Shown one piece after another: positions 39,670-49,636 of a stretch of DNA of 64,000 bases. Position 1 is the stretch's first letter. Each line of letters starts with the position of its first letter. Origin of the DNA: Turneriella sp. (GTDB lineage Bacteria > Spirochaetota > Leptospiria > Turneriellales > Turneriellaceae); contig CBDIID010000003.1 in the NCBI GenBank assembly GCA_965279515.1, forward strand, positions 2,848,001 to 2,912,000, read 5' to 3'. The notes below the pieces were generated by a model. The model saw nothing but the letters and a program-made list of their open reading frames with translations. It searched no databases and had not been told where the DNA came from. The position numbers were made by a program, and so were the translations under genes.

Positions 39670-40113
39670 CTAAAGTGATTCTGCCAGGCCGATCAGCAGC
39701 CCTTCGGGACCGCGGATGTAACAAAGGCGGTACATATTTTCGTACTGCACCACTTCACCCACCACCTGCGCACCGCGCTGCAGAAGCCTCGCCAACGTTT
39801 CGTCGAGATCGCTGACGTTGAACATCACACGCAGGTAGCCTAAGGCGTTTACAGGCGCCTGGCGATGGTCGGCGATTACAGCTGGTGACAGGAAGCGTGA
39901 TATTTCGAGCCGGCTGTGCCCGTCGGGGGTGACCATCATGGCAACCTCAACATGCTGGTTGCCCAGGCCCGTGACACGCCCGGCCCATTCGCCTTCAATC
40001 GTGGCACGCCCCTCGAGCGTCAGGCCCAGTTCGGTGAAAAAAGCCACCGCCTCGTCGAGAGACTCGACCACAATACCCACATTGTGCATTTGGAGTACTG
40101 TGCTTTTTGCCAT
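39670..40113 (-). CDS. VOC/glyoxalase family protein
   Basis: NVGIVV, RLEISRF, YIRGPEG. Confidence 0.88.
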   Translation of the reverse strand: MAKSTVLQMHNVGIVVESLDEAVAFFTELGLTLEGRATIEGEWAGRVTGLGNQHVEVAMMVTPDGHSRLEISRFLSPAVIADHRQAPVNALGYLRVMFNVSDLDETLARLLQRGAQVVGEVVQYENMYRLCYIRGPEGLLIGLAESL

Positions 40114-40132
40114 AGACTTCTTCGCCAGAGGG

Positions 40133-41173
40133 TTATTTATTCAAGTGGCTCTTGTCTGTGAACTTATCGAAGAAGATATTCTGATTCTCGATGCCCAGCT
40201 CGTTGAGCTTCAGAATCGCCGCATCGATCATCGGCGGCGGGCCGCAGAGAAATGCCGCCGTGTCGGCAAAGTCGAGCGCCTGTTTTTCGATAAATTCTGT
40301 GACAAAGCCGCGCGCTCCCTGCCAGGGGGAGCCTGCCTCTTCGTGAGAGAGAATCGGTACGAATTCAAAGTTGGCACCCATCTGTGCTTTGATCTGTTGC
40401 ATGTCATCAAGCGCATACAAATCTTTTTCGGTGCGCGCGCCAAAGAGGTAGACGATCCGCTTCGCCATTTTTTTCTGCGCCGCATCTTCGAGCATACCTT
40501 TGATCGGCGCCATGCCGCTGCCGCCGGCGATGCACAGCAGCGTGCCCTTCTGCTCGCGCCAGCCGAATGTGCCGCGCGGCCCGCGCAGTTTGATCTTCTC
40601 GCCCGTGCGGTCTTTTTCGTGGAACCAGCCAGTCATTTCGCCGCCCGGTACCAGGCGCAGGTGAAAAGAGACTTCGAGGTTGCCGCCGCCCGCACCGGGG
40701 GCCGCGGCGAAAGAATAAGACCGCGAACCCTTAACGCCGCTGACTACGAGATCCGCATATTGCCCCGAGGTATAGCGCAGTTTCTCGCCCAGCTTAATCT
40801 TGATTTCGACGATATCGTGCGTCAGCTTGCAGTAACCGCTGACTTCACCCGCGTATTCTTTCGATTCGTCGGGTTCGAGCGTCACGATGAGATCTGATTT
40901 AGGGATTGCCTGGCAGGCCAGGATGTATCCCTTTTTCATGTCATCTTCGGTGAGCACCAGTGACATGTCGGAGAGGTCTTTGTATTCGCCCTGGATGAGT
41001 TTGGTCTTGCAGGTTGTGCAGCTGCCGGCGCCGCAACTGAATGGATAATCGAGCCCGGCCTCGAGGGCCGCTTCCAGTAGTGTCTGCCGGTGTTTAACTG
41101 TAACGGTTTTACCCATGCTCTGTATCAGAGCCTGATAAGTGGGTTTATCCTTCTTTTTAAAGAGCGAAAGCAT
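40133..41173 (-). CDS. 2Fe-2S ferredoxin / FAD-NAD(P) reductase
   Basis: CGAGSCTTC...LAC, RSYS, IAGGSGMAP, LCGPPPM. Confidence 0.9.
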   Translation of the reverse strand: MLSLFKKKDKPTYQALIQSMGKTVTVKHRQTLLEAALEAGLDYPFSCGAGSCTTCKTKLIQGEYKDLSDMSLVLTEDDMKKGYILACQAIPKSDLIVTLEPDESKEYAGEVSGYCKLTHDIVEIKIKLGEKLRYTSGQYADLVVSGVKGSRSYSFAAAPGAGGGNLEVSFHLRLVPGGEMTGWFHEKDRTGEKIKLRGPRGTFGWREQKGTLLCIAGGSGMAPIKGMLEDAAQKKMAKRIVYLFGARTEKDLYALDDMQQIKAQMGANFEFVPILSHEEAGSPWQGARGFVTEFIEKQALDFADTAAFLCGPPPMIDAAILKLNELGIENQNIFFDKFTDKSHLNK

Positions 41174-41225
41174 AGGGCCGCATGGAGGAGCGAAACGCCG
41201 AGACAAGATAAATTAGCTGCGAAGC

Positions 41226-42131
41226 TTAGAACTTAAACCGCATCAGGCCGAAGACGCGCCTCGAGTTGGCAATCCCACGGATTTCGCGCATGTGTTCGAG
41301 CGCTGTTTCATAACCCATCTGGATGAACTCATCGGCGGCCGAATAATCGGCCCAATGGAAATTGCCGCGTATCGGCCGCATGACGAGGCTCGCGCGCGAA
41401 AGCTGTATATTGCGGCGGTGCTCCGAGGCGATTTCTTCTGTTTTCAGAATCACGTCAAACCCGCTGCGCGGCAGCGTATCGGGCAGTTTCTCATCAGAGA
41501 CGTCGATCACGATCGGCTTATCGATACCGAGCACTGCTGCCGCTTCGATACCGAGTTTATCGAGCACGCCGCCGTCGACATAATATTCATGCCCGACACG
41601 TTCGGGCGGAAAAATCAACGGCATCGAGGCAGAGGCGATGACTGCATGGCGTAAGCGGTCTTTGCCCTGGAAGACCTTGAGTTCGCCGTTACGCACGTTG
41701 ACCGCCGCCGTCGCAAAAGGTATCTCTGCCGACTCCATGGCGACATCGGCGATAAACGGATGCATGACGCTATGCACTTCGGCTGGCGTCAGTACACCGG
41801 TTGCCGTGAACATGCGGCGCAGAATGTTGGTGCCGCTGACCAGTTTCTGCGCGCGGCGCACGATGCCTTTCGCATCCTGTTCCTGATTGGTGGTCCATGT
41901 GCCCACCACGGATTCCCGGAAGGCCTGGAACTGGATCAGTTGTTTCAGGCGTTTTTCGAGAAAGTCGACGTCGGGCATGACCGAGTAGACGCCGCCGACA
42001 ATCGCGCCCATCGAAACGCCAATCAGCTGCGTCACGCGGATGTCATTCTCGGTGAGGGCCCGCAATGCGCCGACATGGGCAAAACCCCGTGCCGCGCCGC
42101 CGCCAAGATTGAGCGCTATTTTACCGGCCAT
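41226..42131 (-). CDS. Patatin-like phospholipase
   Basis: GGGAARG, GVSMG, DGG. Confidence 0.92.
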   Translation of the reverse strand: MAGKIALNLGGGAARGFAHVGALRALTENDIRVTQLIGVSMGAIVGGVYSVMPDVDFLEKRLKQLIQFQAFRESVVGTWTTNQEQDAKGIVRRAQKLVSGTNILRRMFTATGVLTPAEVHSVMHPFIADVAMESAEIPFATAAVNVRNGELKVFQGKDRLRHAVIASASMPLIFPPERVGHEYYVDGGVLDKLGIEAAAVLGIDKPIVIDVSDEKLPDTLPRSGFDVILKTEEIASEHRRNIQLSRASLVMRPIRGNFHWADYSAADEFIQMGYETALEHMREIRGIANSRRVFGLMRFKF

Positions 42132-42183
42132 GTGAATTCCGATTCTGTTTGACGCGCTGCCTTTTTTGCCGTCTTTCCCTTAC

Positions 42184-42726
42184 ATGATCCGCAAGGCGGA
42201 ATATTACAGGGCGTCGGGCAAGGCCGGGCAGAAAAAGTGGCGCGCTTATGCGTTGTCATTTGTCATTGTTACCGTCATTGCGTTTCTGCTGCAGTTCATC
42301 TTTAGACAGTTGTTTTTCTATCCCCTGAAAATTTCGTCCGACAGCATGACCCCGGAAATCCAATCCGGAGACAAGCGTTACTTTATCCATCCGAAATTGA
42401 CGACGGTTGTCGCGGGCGATGTCGTGCTGGTGCGTTCGCCGGCAACTGATGCTGATTTTCTCTGCCGCGTAGCCGCGGTTGACGGCGACAAGGTAAAAAT
42501 CGCTGCCGGGCAGTTCTTCGTGAACGGGCAGGTAAAAAAATCTTTCGAGCCGCGCCTGGCGATACCCGAAGATCGCAGTTTTGCAATGAACGAGATCGAA
42601 GTGCGGCCCAATTATTTTTTCTGCCTGAACGATAACTACCGCAACACCCGCGATTCGCGCACGGCGGGCATCTTTGAGCGCGGCCAGATCACGGCAAAAA
42701 TCATCAAGCCGACACTGTTCTTCTGA
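42184..42726 (+). CDS. Signal peptidase I (S26)-like protein, catalytic Lys absent
   Basis: TM anchor, SDSMTP, FLCRV in place of the K-R box, NDNYRNTRDSR. Confidence 0.8.
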   Translation: MIRKAEYYRASGKAGQKKWRAYALSFVIVTVIAFLLQFIFRQLFFYPLKISSDSMTPEIQSGDKRYFIHPKLTTVVAGDVVLVRSPATDADFLCRVAAVDGDKVKIAAGQFFVNGQVKKSFEPRLAIPEDRSFAMNEIEVRPNYFFCLNDNYRNTRDSRTAGIFERGQITAKIIKPTLFF

Positions 42727-43643
42727 TGGCGGCGGCGCTGCACCCCGAGCTCGAACGCCGGTTCCGCAAGCGGATTTCTCCCTTTGTAAAACGCCATGCG
42801 GCCCGGCTCGGGACAGCAGACGCGGAAGCGTTTCTCAAACAATTTACGCCCGACGAGCTTGAGCTTAGCGCCGCCGAGGGTTTCAGCGACGATCCGCTGC
42901 GCGAAGATGATACCGATATCCATCCGTTTCCCGATGTGGTGCATAAGTATCATTCGAAAATTCTCTACCTGACGACCGATGAATGCCCGGTGTATTGCCG
43001 TTATTGCACACGCAAGCGCAAGACGCTGCTCTCCGCAGGGCATACACATTCTTCACCGGAACAGGTCGCCGCTTATCTTGCCGCGCATCCTGAGATTAAC
43101 GAAGTTATTTTTTCAGGGGGCGATCCCCTGATGTTACCTGTTCATGACTTGGCGCAGCGGGCCAATGTGTTTCTCGGCATTCCCACAATCACCTTCCTGA
43201 GAATTCACACGCGCGCCCTGACAACCGCCCCCGGCCTTATTACAGAAAAATTTCTGCGCGCGTTAAATGAGCTTCGGCTAAACTACCCGGCGAAGGGCAT
43301 CGCTTTTGTCCTCCATGTCAATACTGCCGCAGAGCTGAGTGGAGAGGCTGCTTCCGCCATCGCCGCTATCCGTGCTTTGGGAATCCCCCTCTATGCCCAG
43401 TCGGTGCTGCTGAAAGGCATCAACGACGATGCGGTGAAATTGGCCGCGCTTTGCCAGGCGCTGATCGCCGCCGGTGTGCAACCGTATTATCTGCACCAGT
43501 TAGACCGCGTGACGGGTTCGGCGCATTTTGAGGTCGGCGAAGGTGCAGCGCGTGCTATCTACGATGAACTGCGCGTCAGGGTGCCACCCTACATGCTGCC
43601 GAAATTTGTGCGTGATTCAAAACAGGGAAAATACCCGATGTAG
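42726..43643 (+). CDS. KamA/EpmB-like radical SAM aminomutase
   Basis: CPVYCRYC, SGGDPL, QSVLLKGIND, PYYLHQLD. Confidence 0.88.
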   Translation: MAAALHPELERRFRKRISPFVKRHAARLGTADAEAFLKQFTPDELELSAAEGFSDDPLREDDTDIHPFPDVVHKYHSKILYLTTDECPVYCRYCTRKRKTLLSAGHTHSSPEQVAAYLAAHPEINEVIFSGGDPLMLPVHDLAQRANVFLGIPTITFLRIHTRALTTAPGLITEKFLRALNELRLNYPAKGIAFVLHVNTAAELSGEAASAIAAIRALGIPLYAQSVLLKGINDDAVKLAALCQALIAAGVQPYYLHQLDRVTGSAHFEVGEGAARAIYDELRVRVPPYMLPKFVRDSKQGKYPM

Positions 43644-45230
43644 TTACGGGGCTTTGGGTGCGGGCGCATCCGTTGCGGCCTTGAGCCACGCTTCGAATCC
43701 CGCATCTTGCCTGAGCGGCGCATAGAGTTTGAGCTTACGGAAATTGCCTTCGAGTTTTGTGCGCGCTTTGGGGTTCTTGAGGTAAACACTGCCTTTAGTT
43801 CTGATACCAGCCCAATCACCCAGGTGGGCCATTGTCATGAGGTGGAGATTCATCTGTGAAGGCGTCAGGTTTTTGATTTTGTCAAATTCGACGAGCGCCG
43901 AGCCATATTCCTTGAGCGCAAAAAAAGACACTGCGCGCCAGCCATTGAAGTCCTTGTTTTTTTCGAGGTTCTTGCGGAAGCGCTCCGTCAGCTCGAGCAC
44001 GGCGCGGTATTTTTCCGCTTTAAAAAGCACACCGATCGCAACGGGGAGATCCGACATGGCGTAGGCGGGCATCGTCGCTTCATTCTCGTCTGTTTCCACG
44101 GCTTCTTTTTCATAGATTTTCGCCGCATACGATGCGGCCTTCTCGTTGTTCTTTTCGGCGAGGGCCCTTTTCATGGCGATGAGATTCAGAAACACAGGGC
44201 TCTCTGACTTTTTCGAAAACTTGCAATACTCCTCGTCGGCTTCACCGGCCGACAAGGCGCCGAGGCAAAACACGCGCTTCACACTGAGCGCCGCCTTTGC
44301 CTTCAGCTCAAGGTCGGCGCCGATGCGGCGGGCGATTTTCGCGTGGGCAAAGGATTCCGGGTAATGACCGAGGCCGTAGTGCGCCTGGGCGGCGTTCAGG
44401 CGGATAAAGAATTTCAGCTGCGGATCTTCAATCGGTTTCTCGAGCGCTGCGGCAAAATATTTCAGCGAACCCGCGTAATCGCCATTACGGCGCGCGAAAG
44501 CCCCGAGTTTATATGCCGCGCTGGGATCTTCCGAGTTTTCCCAGATCAGTTTGTAGGTGGCCTGGGCTTCGCGCGGCTCTTTCAGTTTCTCGTAGTACTG
44601 CGCGATTTTCCAGCGGTAATCTTTGAGGCGAGCGTCTTCGGCGATCGCCGCTTTGTAAGCCGCGATGATCGAGCGCATGAGTTCTGCCGCTTCGTCGTCG
44701 GCCTGGTCTTCGCGCTCTTTCAACTCCGTTTCGAGTGCCAGGGCTTTTTTCAGGCTGGCGTTCGTTTGCCCACCTGAAGAGACCGGCCCCTGGTAGTTGC
44801 CTGCTTCAGCGCGGATCTTTTCAAAGAGCTCGCTCTTCTCGCCCATATCTTGCAGGCGATCGACGTAACGCAGCGATTCGCCATAGAGCTTTGCCTGCCG
44901 GCAAAGAATCACCATTTTCCAGTAGGCGACTTTTTTGAATTTTTTCTGCATGGGCCGCTCAGCCGCCGCGCGAAAGTGTTGTATGCTTTCGGCGTATTGC
45001 CGGCGGGCTTCCAGAATGAGTCCGATATACAGGTGCGGATCACCGCTTTCGTCTCCGTTATCGATCGCTTCCTGGAAATGTTTCCGGGCGGTGTCGAACG
45101 AACCTTTCGAGTAGGCCTTTTCGCCGAGCAGAAGTTCTTTGCTCTTCGCGGTGAGAGAGCCTGTGCCCAGTAAGACAAGGACAAGAAAAAACTTCCGCCA
45201 CCCGGGGCCCCAAGAGGTTATTCCTGCCAT
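43644..45230 (-). CDS. Exported TPR-repeat protein
   Basis: Signal peptide and repeated TPR-like helical pairs. Confidence 0.8.
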   Translation of the reverse strand: MAGITSWGPGWRKFFLVLVLLGTGSLTAKSKELLLGEKAYSKGSFDTARKHFQEAIDNGDESGDPHLYIGLILEARRQYAESIQHFRAAAERPMQKKFKKVAYWKMVILCRQAKLYGESLRYVDRLQDMGEKSELFEKIRAEAGNYQGPVSSGGQTNASLKKALALETELKEREDQADDEAAELMRSIIAAYKAAIAEDARLKDYRWKIAQYYEKLKEPREAQATYKLIWENSEDPSAAYKLGAFARRNGDYAGSLKYFAAALEKPIEDPQLKFFIRLNAAQAHYGLGHYPESFAHAKIARRIGADLELKAKAALSVKRVFCLGALSAGEADEEYCKFSKKSESPVFLNLIAMKRALAEKNNEKAASYAAKIYEKEAVETDENEATMPAYAMSDLPVAIGVLFKAEKYRAVLELTERFRKNLEKNKDFNGWRAVSFFALKEYGSALVEFDKIKNLTPSQMNLHLMTMAHLGDWAGIRTKGSVYLKNPKARTKLEGNFRKLKLYAPLRQDAGFEAWLKAATDAPAPKAP

Positions 45231-46570
45231 GTTTTGAGCGTCGCCTGATCGCCGATTTCCATCGCCAGCCGCGCTGCGGCGAGGCACAGGTTGAATTCGG
45301 ATTCTGCGACTTCCTTTTCTGTCAAAAGCTGAGCACCCAGGGCCTCGATCAGATCTTTCGCTGTGCCCGTGCCTGTCGTGTACGCCGTCATTTCTGACAG
45401 CGACCACTTATTCGCTTCTTTATACTTATTCTGACTGATCTCGAGCTGCACCTTTTGTTTCTCAAAATCCCACATCGCCATCGCGACCTTGAGTGGCACA
45501 CCGGTTAAGGCCTCACCCTGCTTTGCCTGCATCTTCTCCAGCTCGGCCTCAGCGCGCATGACCTTTGCCTTGGTATTGCCGAAGTCGAGATCCCACTTGG
45601 CGCCAAATACCACGGCAAACCAATTACGGTTATAAGGATCGAAAGCGTAGCTCGATTGCTGCTGGTCGCGCGCGCTGGTGTAATTGAGTTCGGTGCGGCT
45701 GGCAAGAAACAGCACGGGCAGATTGCCGCCCTTTTCCATTTCCACCTGGTGGCGCCGTGCCTGCAAACCTTCGCCGACAGCTTTGAGGTCGGGGTTCGAA
45801 CGGTGCGCTTCGGTGATGAGCTGTTCGAGTGCACGCGTCGCGTCGGTGACTTTCGGAAAGTCCCCCTCCAGCACCAAAAGCGATTCTTTTTCGCCGAGGT
45901 AGTGCCCCAGCGCCAGGCCGGATGTCTTTTTGTTCGCCAGCCATTCGGCATTGAAGCGCTGCAATTCCAGTGCAAAGAGTTTGAGGCGCGTGAGATCCTT
46001 GCGCTGCACTTCGCCGGTACCTTTTTTGTAGATGGATTCGGCGCGGCTCAGCACGGTTTTCATTTTATCGTTCGCGTCATCGAGCACGGTTTTGAGGCGA
46101 TTCAGCAGAATAATCTGCATGTAGAGTTGTTTGTAATCGAAGATGCTCTTGTTGATCTGGCTTTCGTGCAGGTAGCGTGCGCCTTCGACCGCGTGAGACG
46201 CTGCCTGCTTGCCGTCCTTGATGCGGCCGAAGCTGAATACGGGATAGACAATCTGTAGTTCGGCATGCACGAAGGGCGCCCACTTGCCGTAGTTCGCTTC
46301 GGAATAGGCCGGCGTGCCGCGTGATTCGAAAATCGGCGCGGCATAGGTGAGGAGGGAAAACGTCGGCAAGTCGAGCGCCGATGCTTCGGCCTGGTAGGCA
46401 GAGAAGCTCAGGATCTGCGCTTTGCTCTCGAGTATCTTGGCGTTATTCCTGAGAAGCTGTGTCAGGCCGTCGGCAAAACGGATCGGCTTTTCTGCAGAGA
46501 CTCCGCCAACGGACAGGAAAACCAGGCCGCAAACAAAGCTGCTATTTATTAATTTTTTGAATCCGTTCAC
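45218..46570 (-). CDS. TolC-family outer-membrane protein
   Basis: Signal peptide, two OEP-like repeats (LPTFSL, NPDLKA, LPVLFL). Confidence 0.85.
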   Translation of the reverse strand: MNGFKKLINSSFVCGLVFLSVGGVSAEKPIRFADGLTQLLRNNAKILESKAQILSFSAYQAEASALDLPTFSLLTYAAPIFESRGTPAYSEANYGKWAPFVHAELQIVYPVFSFGRIKDGKQAASHAVEGARYLHESQINKSIFDYKQLYMQIILLNRLKTVLDDANDKMKTVLSRAESIYKKGTGEVQRKDLTRLKLFALELQRFNAEWLANKKTSGLALGHYLGEKESLLVLEGDFPKVTDATRALEQLITEAHRSNPDLKAVGEGLQARRHQVEMEKGGNLPVLFLASRTELNYTSARDQQQSSYAFDPYNRNWFAVVFGAKWDLDFGNTKAKVMRAEAELEKMQAKQGEALTGVPLKVAMAMWDFEKQKVQLEISQNKYKEANKWSLSEMTAYTTGTGTAKDLIEALGAQLLTEKEVAESEFNLCLAAARLAMEIGDQATLKTWQE

Positions 46571-47168
46571 GCAGCAATTTCACCAGGTGTTTATAACCTT
46601 TTTTATTGATGATCGACGAGAACTGATTGCGAAAATCGAGCAAGGTCGACGCTTCGTCGATATGTACGTCATAGAGTTTCAGGCCGTCGCCGCTACGGTA
46701 AAGGAAAAACTCTACCTTAAAGCTCTGTTTGCGGTGGGGCACCTTGGTGTTGACGATGATCGCTTCTTTTTCGAAGACATCGTCGGTTTCAACCCGCTCT
46801 GAAATGATTTCAATGGGAATCTTACCCGTGATGACCTTCTGCGAGGGGATGTTCGCCTCAACAACGCGGTTGGCCATCAGCTCGTGGAAGAGACCGAGAA
46901 AGTCTTCTTGCTGCGCCGGTGTCAGCTTGGCATAGTGTTTACCCAAGGCCAGCTTACCGATTTCCTTGATGTCAAGAATTTGCAATGCCATCTCGCGCGC
47001 CCGCGCTGATACTTCTTTGCGTTTCTCATCGCTGAAATCCTGCGCGAGTTCGGCGCGCAGCTTTTCAAAATTACCGATGATATTCTGCATGTATTCGAGC
47101 CCTTCGCCGGCGCTGACCGCCGAGGCTGCGAGAAATAAATAACAAAAAACGGCTCTAAGACGGGACAT
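46542..47168 (-). CDS. MlaC/Ttg2D-family lipid-binding protein
   Basis: LALGKHY..LTPAQQEDF, YDVHIDEAS...FRNQFSSII. Confidence 0.85.
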   Translation of the reverse strand: MSRLRAVFCYLFLAASAVSAGEGLEYMQNIIGNFEKLRAELAQDFSDEKRKEVSARAREMALQILDIKEIGKLALGKHYAKLTPAQQEDFLGLFHELMANRVVEANIPSQKVITGKIPIEIISERVETDDVFEKEAIIVNTKVPHRKQSFKVEFFLYRSGDGLKLYDVHIDEASTLLDFRNQFSSIINKKGYKHLVKLLRERIQKINK

Positions 47169-47179
47169 AACGGGAAGGG

Positions 47180-47353
47180 TTAATCCTTCTTTTTGCGAAA
47201 ATACGCCACGATGATTATGATGGCTAAAACAACGAGAACAACCTTCGTAATTTTCCAGAGTGTGCCCACGATGAAGGGAATGCAACCGTCGGGAAGAAAC
47301 AGCGCCAGTACCACAAGCGCCAGAATAAACAGCAGCGTATTCGGTCTTTGCAT
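47180..47353 (-). CDS. Small (57 aa) two-TM membrane protein
   Basis: Hand translation MQRPNTLLFILALVVLALFLPDGCIPFIVGTLWKITKVVLVVLAIIIIVAYFRKKKD; TTGACG 28 nt upstream. Confidence 0.7.
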   Translation of the reverse strand: MQRPNTLLFILALVVLALFLPDGCIPFIVGTLWKITKVVLVVLAIIIIVAYFRKKKD

Positions 47354-47459
47354 CCGTTTTTTTCCGGTATCGCTGGCTTGCCGTCAAGTGAAATGCCATA
47401 TACAAATGCCATATACCTTGACGCAAGGTCTAAGTTCCCTTTTTCGTCGGGTATTCGTG

Positions 47460-48065
47460 ATGCGTCGGATGTCTTTACACAAGGGTTTAATCCCATCTAT
47501 TCTAGCATTTGCTCTTTCTGCGGGCGCACTCAGCGCCCAGGTTGAAGGCGAAGCGTGGAAGTTTAAACCTCAGATCGGCGTCTGGTTCGGGCCTGTGACG
47601 CCGGCCCCTGGTAGTGTACTTTCCGACGTGCTCACAACGAGTCTGGGCGGAGGACTTTTTTTCCGCGGTAATATTCCTTCCAACACTCTGCGCCTGGAAA
47701 TCGGCGCATCCTATAGTTACTACACATCCAGGACTACCGCGCGTTTACACTCGATACCCATTTACGGTGCGATCTGCTATACGTTGCCCATCAGCTTACC
47801 CCTGAGTTTTTTTGTAAAAGCGGGGGCAGGCGGCAATTTTCTCCGCAATGCCCCAGAAGGGTCCCGCAATTGGTTACCGGCAGGATACTTGGGTTTTGAA
47901 ACATCGTTTCCGGCCGGTAAGCTCATCAATATTGGCGTGCGTGCGGATTATCTTTTTGTCTACGAGAAACATTTAAGTCCTCCATCCAATAATCCCAACT
48001 ATGAAGTTTACAATGGGCATTTTTTTAATTTCGGCCTGATGGTGAATTTCAATTTAAGCAGATAG
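47460..48065 (+). CDS. Small outer-membrane beta-barrel-like protein
   Basis: Signal peptide, about 8 amphipathic strands, FNFGLMVNFNL end. Confidence 0.75.
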   Translation: MRRMSLHKGLIPSILAFALSAGALSAQVEGEAWKFKPQIGVWFGPVTPAPGSVLSDVLTTSLGGGLFFRGNIPSNTLRLEIGASYSYYTSRTTARLHSIPIYGAICYTLPISLPLSFFVKAGAGGNFLRNAPEGSRNWLPAGYLGFETSFPAGKLINIGVRADYLFVYEKHLSPPSNNPNYEVYNGHFFNFGLMVNFNLSR

Positions 48066-48067
48066 AA

Positions 48068-49585
48068 ATGAAGAAACCCGTTATTTATCTGTTTTTGGTC
48101 GCTGGATTCACGGTACACTGTTCCGGTGATTTGCCGCTTTCTGATCTCGTGAATAATACCGTAACCTTAAAGGTTATGGGGACATACGAAAGCAATGATC
48201 CTTACCCCCTTCAACATGCGGGTGTTGCTAATGCACTGCCGCTAGATGATGTAATTAACGCCGGTATCTCAGGCTCAAACCCAACCATCGCTGCTGGTTC
48301 TGATCTCTATAATTACATTACCAGCGGGGCTGCGGATTCGAGAGATCCTAATGGAGTCTTTCCCCAGTGGCAAGCTCATGCAGATAAAATCAGGTATTAT
48401 ATTGATATTGCTGAAATCCGTCTTGCCGAAGGGCAAGGAAAATCTTCCAGCCAATCGATTTCCGATTACTGGTCACAGTTCGCGATTACGCGACAACTCA
48501 TGTGTTCTGATTACGGTACCACTGATCCCAACCGAATCCTCACAAATTGTCAGGGATCAAGCGGGGTAGATCGCCTGGCACAGTTTTTTGCGGGAGGATT
48601 CAACTACCCCGCAGTCGATGTGGCTACTGGTAACTATAATCATATGGGAATATATTTTCGCCGCTTTGCAACCTATCCGGCGGCATCTTTTACTGGGCAA
48701 GGTCAGTACATACCATCTACCGCTGACAATAATACATGGGGAACAGATGGGGTAAGAACGAGATCGGAAGGAATTGCAACCGCGACGTTTGACAACCGCA
48801 CCATCTATGGCGCCGATATTGAGGGTTTTCTCCAGAACCCATACGGGGCAACTGCAGCTGAGCCACTCATGTTCCCACTACAACGTAAAGACTTATCGCT
48901 CAGGATTACTAACGGCGCTGAACCCTACGTTCTGGAAGTCCGAATTTTCCTCCAGAATCTGATGATGATTCATGTCCGACAGGTGAGCAATGATATCAAT
49001 ACGTCGAATGCGAGTGACCCGGCAAAGATAAACCTTGCATCAAACAATGCATCCGTTTATGTTGCTCCGGCTGACTGGAATATAGATCACAAATTCCTGG
49101 AAACCGATGGTTCCGGTAACAGTGCGAAGCAAGGCGGGTCTGTGCTTATGACGGCCCGCGTGTATCAGCCGAAATATGTTGGCAGCATAAAGATTAAAAA
49201 TTCTGCCGCCACCCAAGGTGACTATTTTGCCGTTGTTTCGGCTGGGACAACATTTCCGGGCCAAGTCTGGGCAGTAGACGCAAATACGCCGTCTACGACC
49301 ATCTTACCTTTAGCGGCTACAAGAGCTTATACCTCTGGCACAACAAATCACACAATTACGAATTTGCCGCCTGGTAATTACAATCTCTATCGTACGTGCG
49401 ATATTAAAAAATGCTTAAAAACCTCAACTGCTGGCTATTGCGATCAGTTAGGTGGCAATAAAATAACTCCCCAAACCGACGGATTTCCCGAAACCTCAGA
49501 CACTTGCGGATCGTGGACAGTTACCGCGGGAACGGAGACCAGCGTTGACTTTGCTACTTCGTGCCCGGCCGTAAATTGCCCGTAA
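48068..49585 (+). CDS. Surface lipoprotein, Cys-rich C-terminus
   Basis: Spirochaetal lipobox (FTVHC), Ser/Thr/Asn-rich, AT-richer than flanks. Confidence 0.8.
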   Translation: MKKPVIYLFLVAGFTVHCSGDLPLSDLVNNTVTLKVMGTYESNDPYPLQHAGVANALPLDDVINAGISGSNPTIAAGSDLYNYITSGAADSRDPNGVFPQWQAHADKIRYYIDIAEIRLAEGQGKSSSQSISDYWSQFAITRQLMCSDYGTTDPNRILTNCQGSSGVDRLAQFFAGGFNYPAVDVATGNYNHMGIYFRRFATYPAASFTGQGQYIPSTADNNTWGTDGVRTRSEGIATATFDNRTIYGADIEGFLQNPYGATAAEPLMFPLQRKDLSLRITNGAEPYVLEVRIFLQNLMMIHVRQVSNDINTSNASDPAKINLASNNASVYVAPADWNIDHKFLETDGSGNSAKQGGSVLMTARVYQPKYVGSIKIKNSAATQGDYFAVVSAGTTFPGQVWAVDANTPSTTILPLAATRAYTSGTTNHTITNLPPGNYNLYRTCDIKKCLKTSTAGYCDQLGGNKITPQTDGFPETSDTCGSWTVTAGTETSVDFATSCPAVNCP

Positions 49586-49636
49586 ATTCATAGCCTTCTT
49601 CTTGACCCCCTATTTTCCTCACCGCCTTAATCCGCC

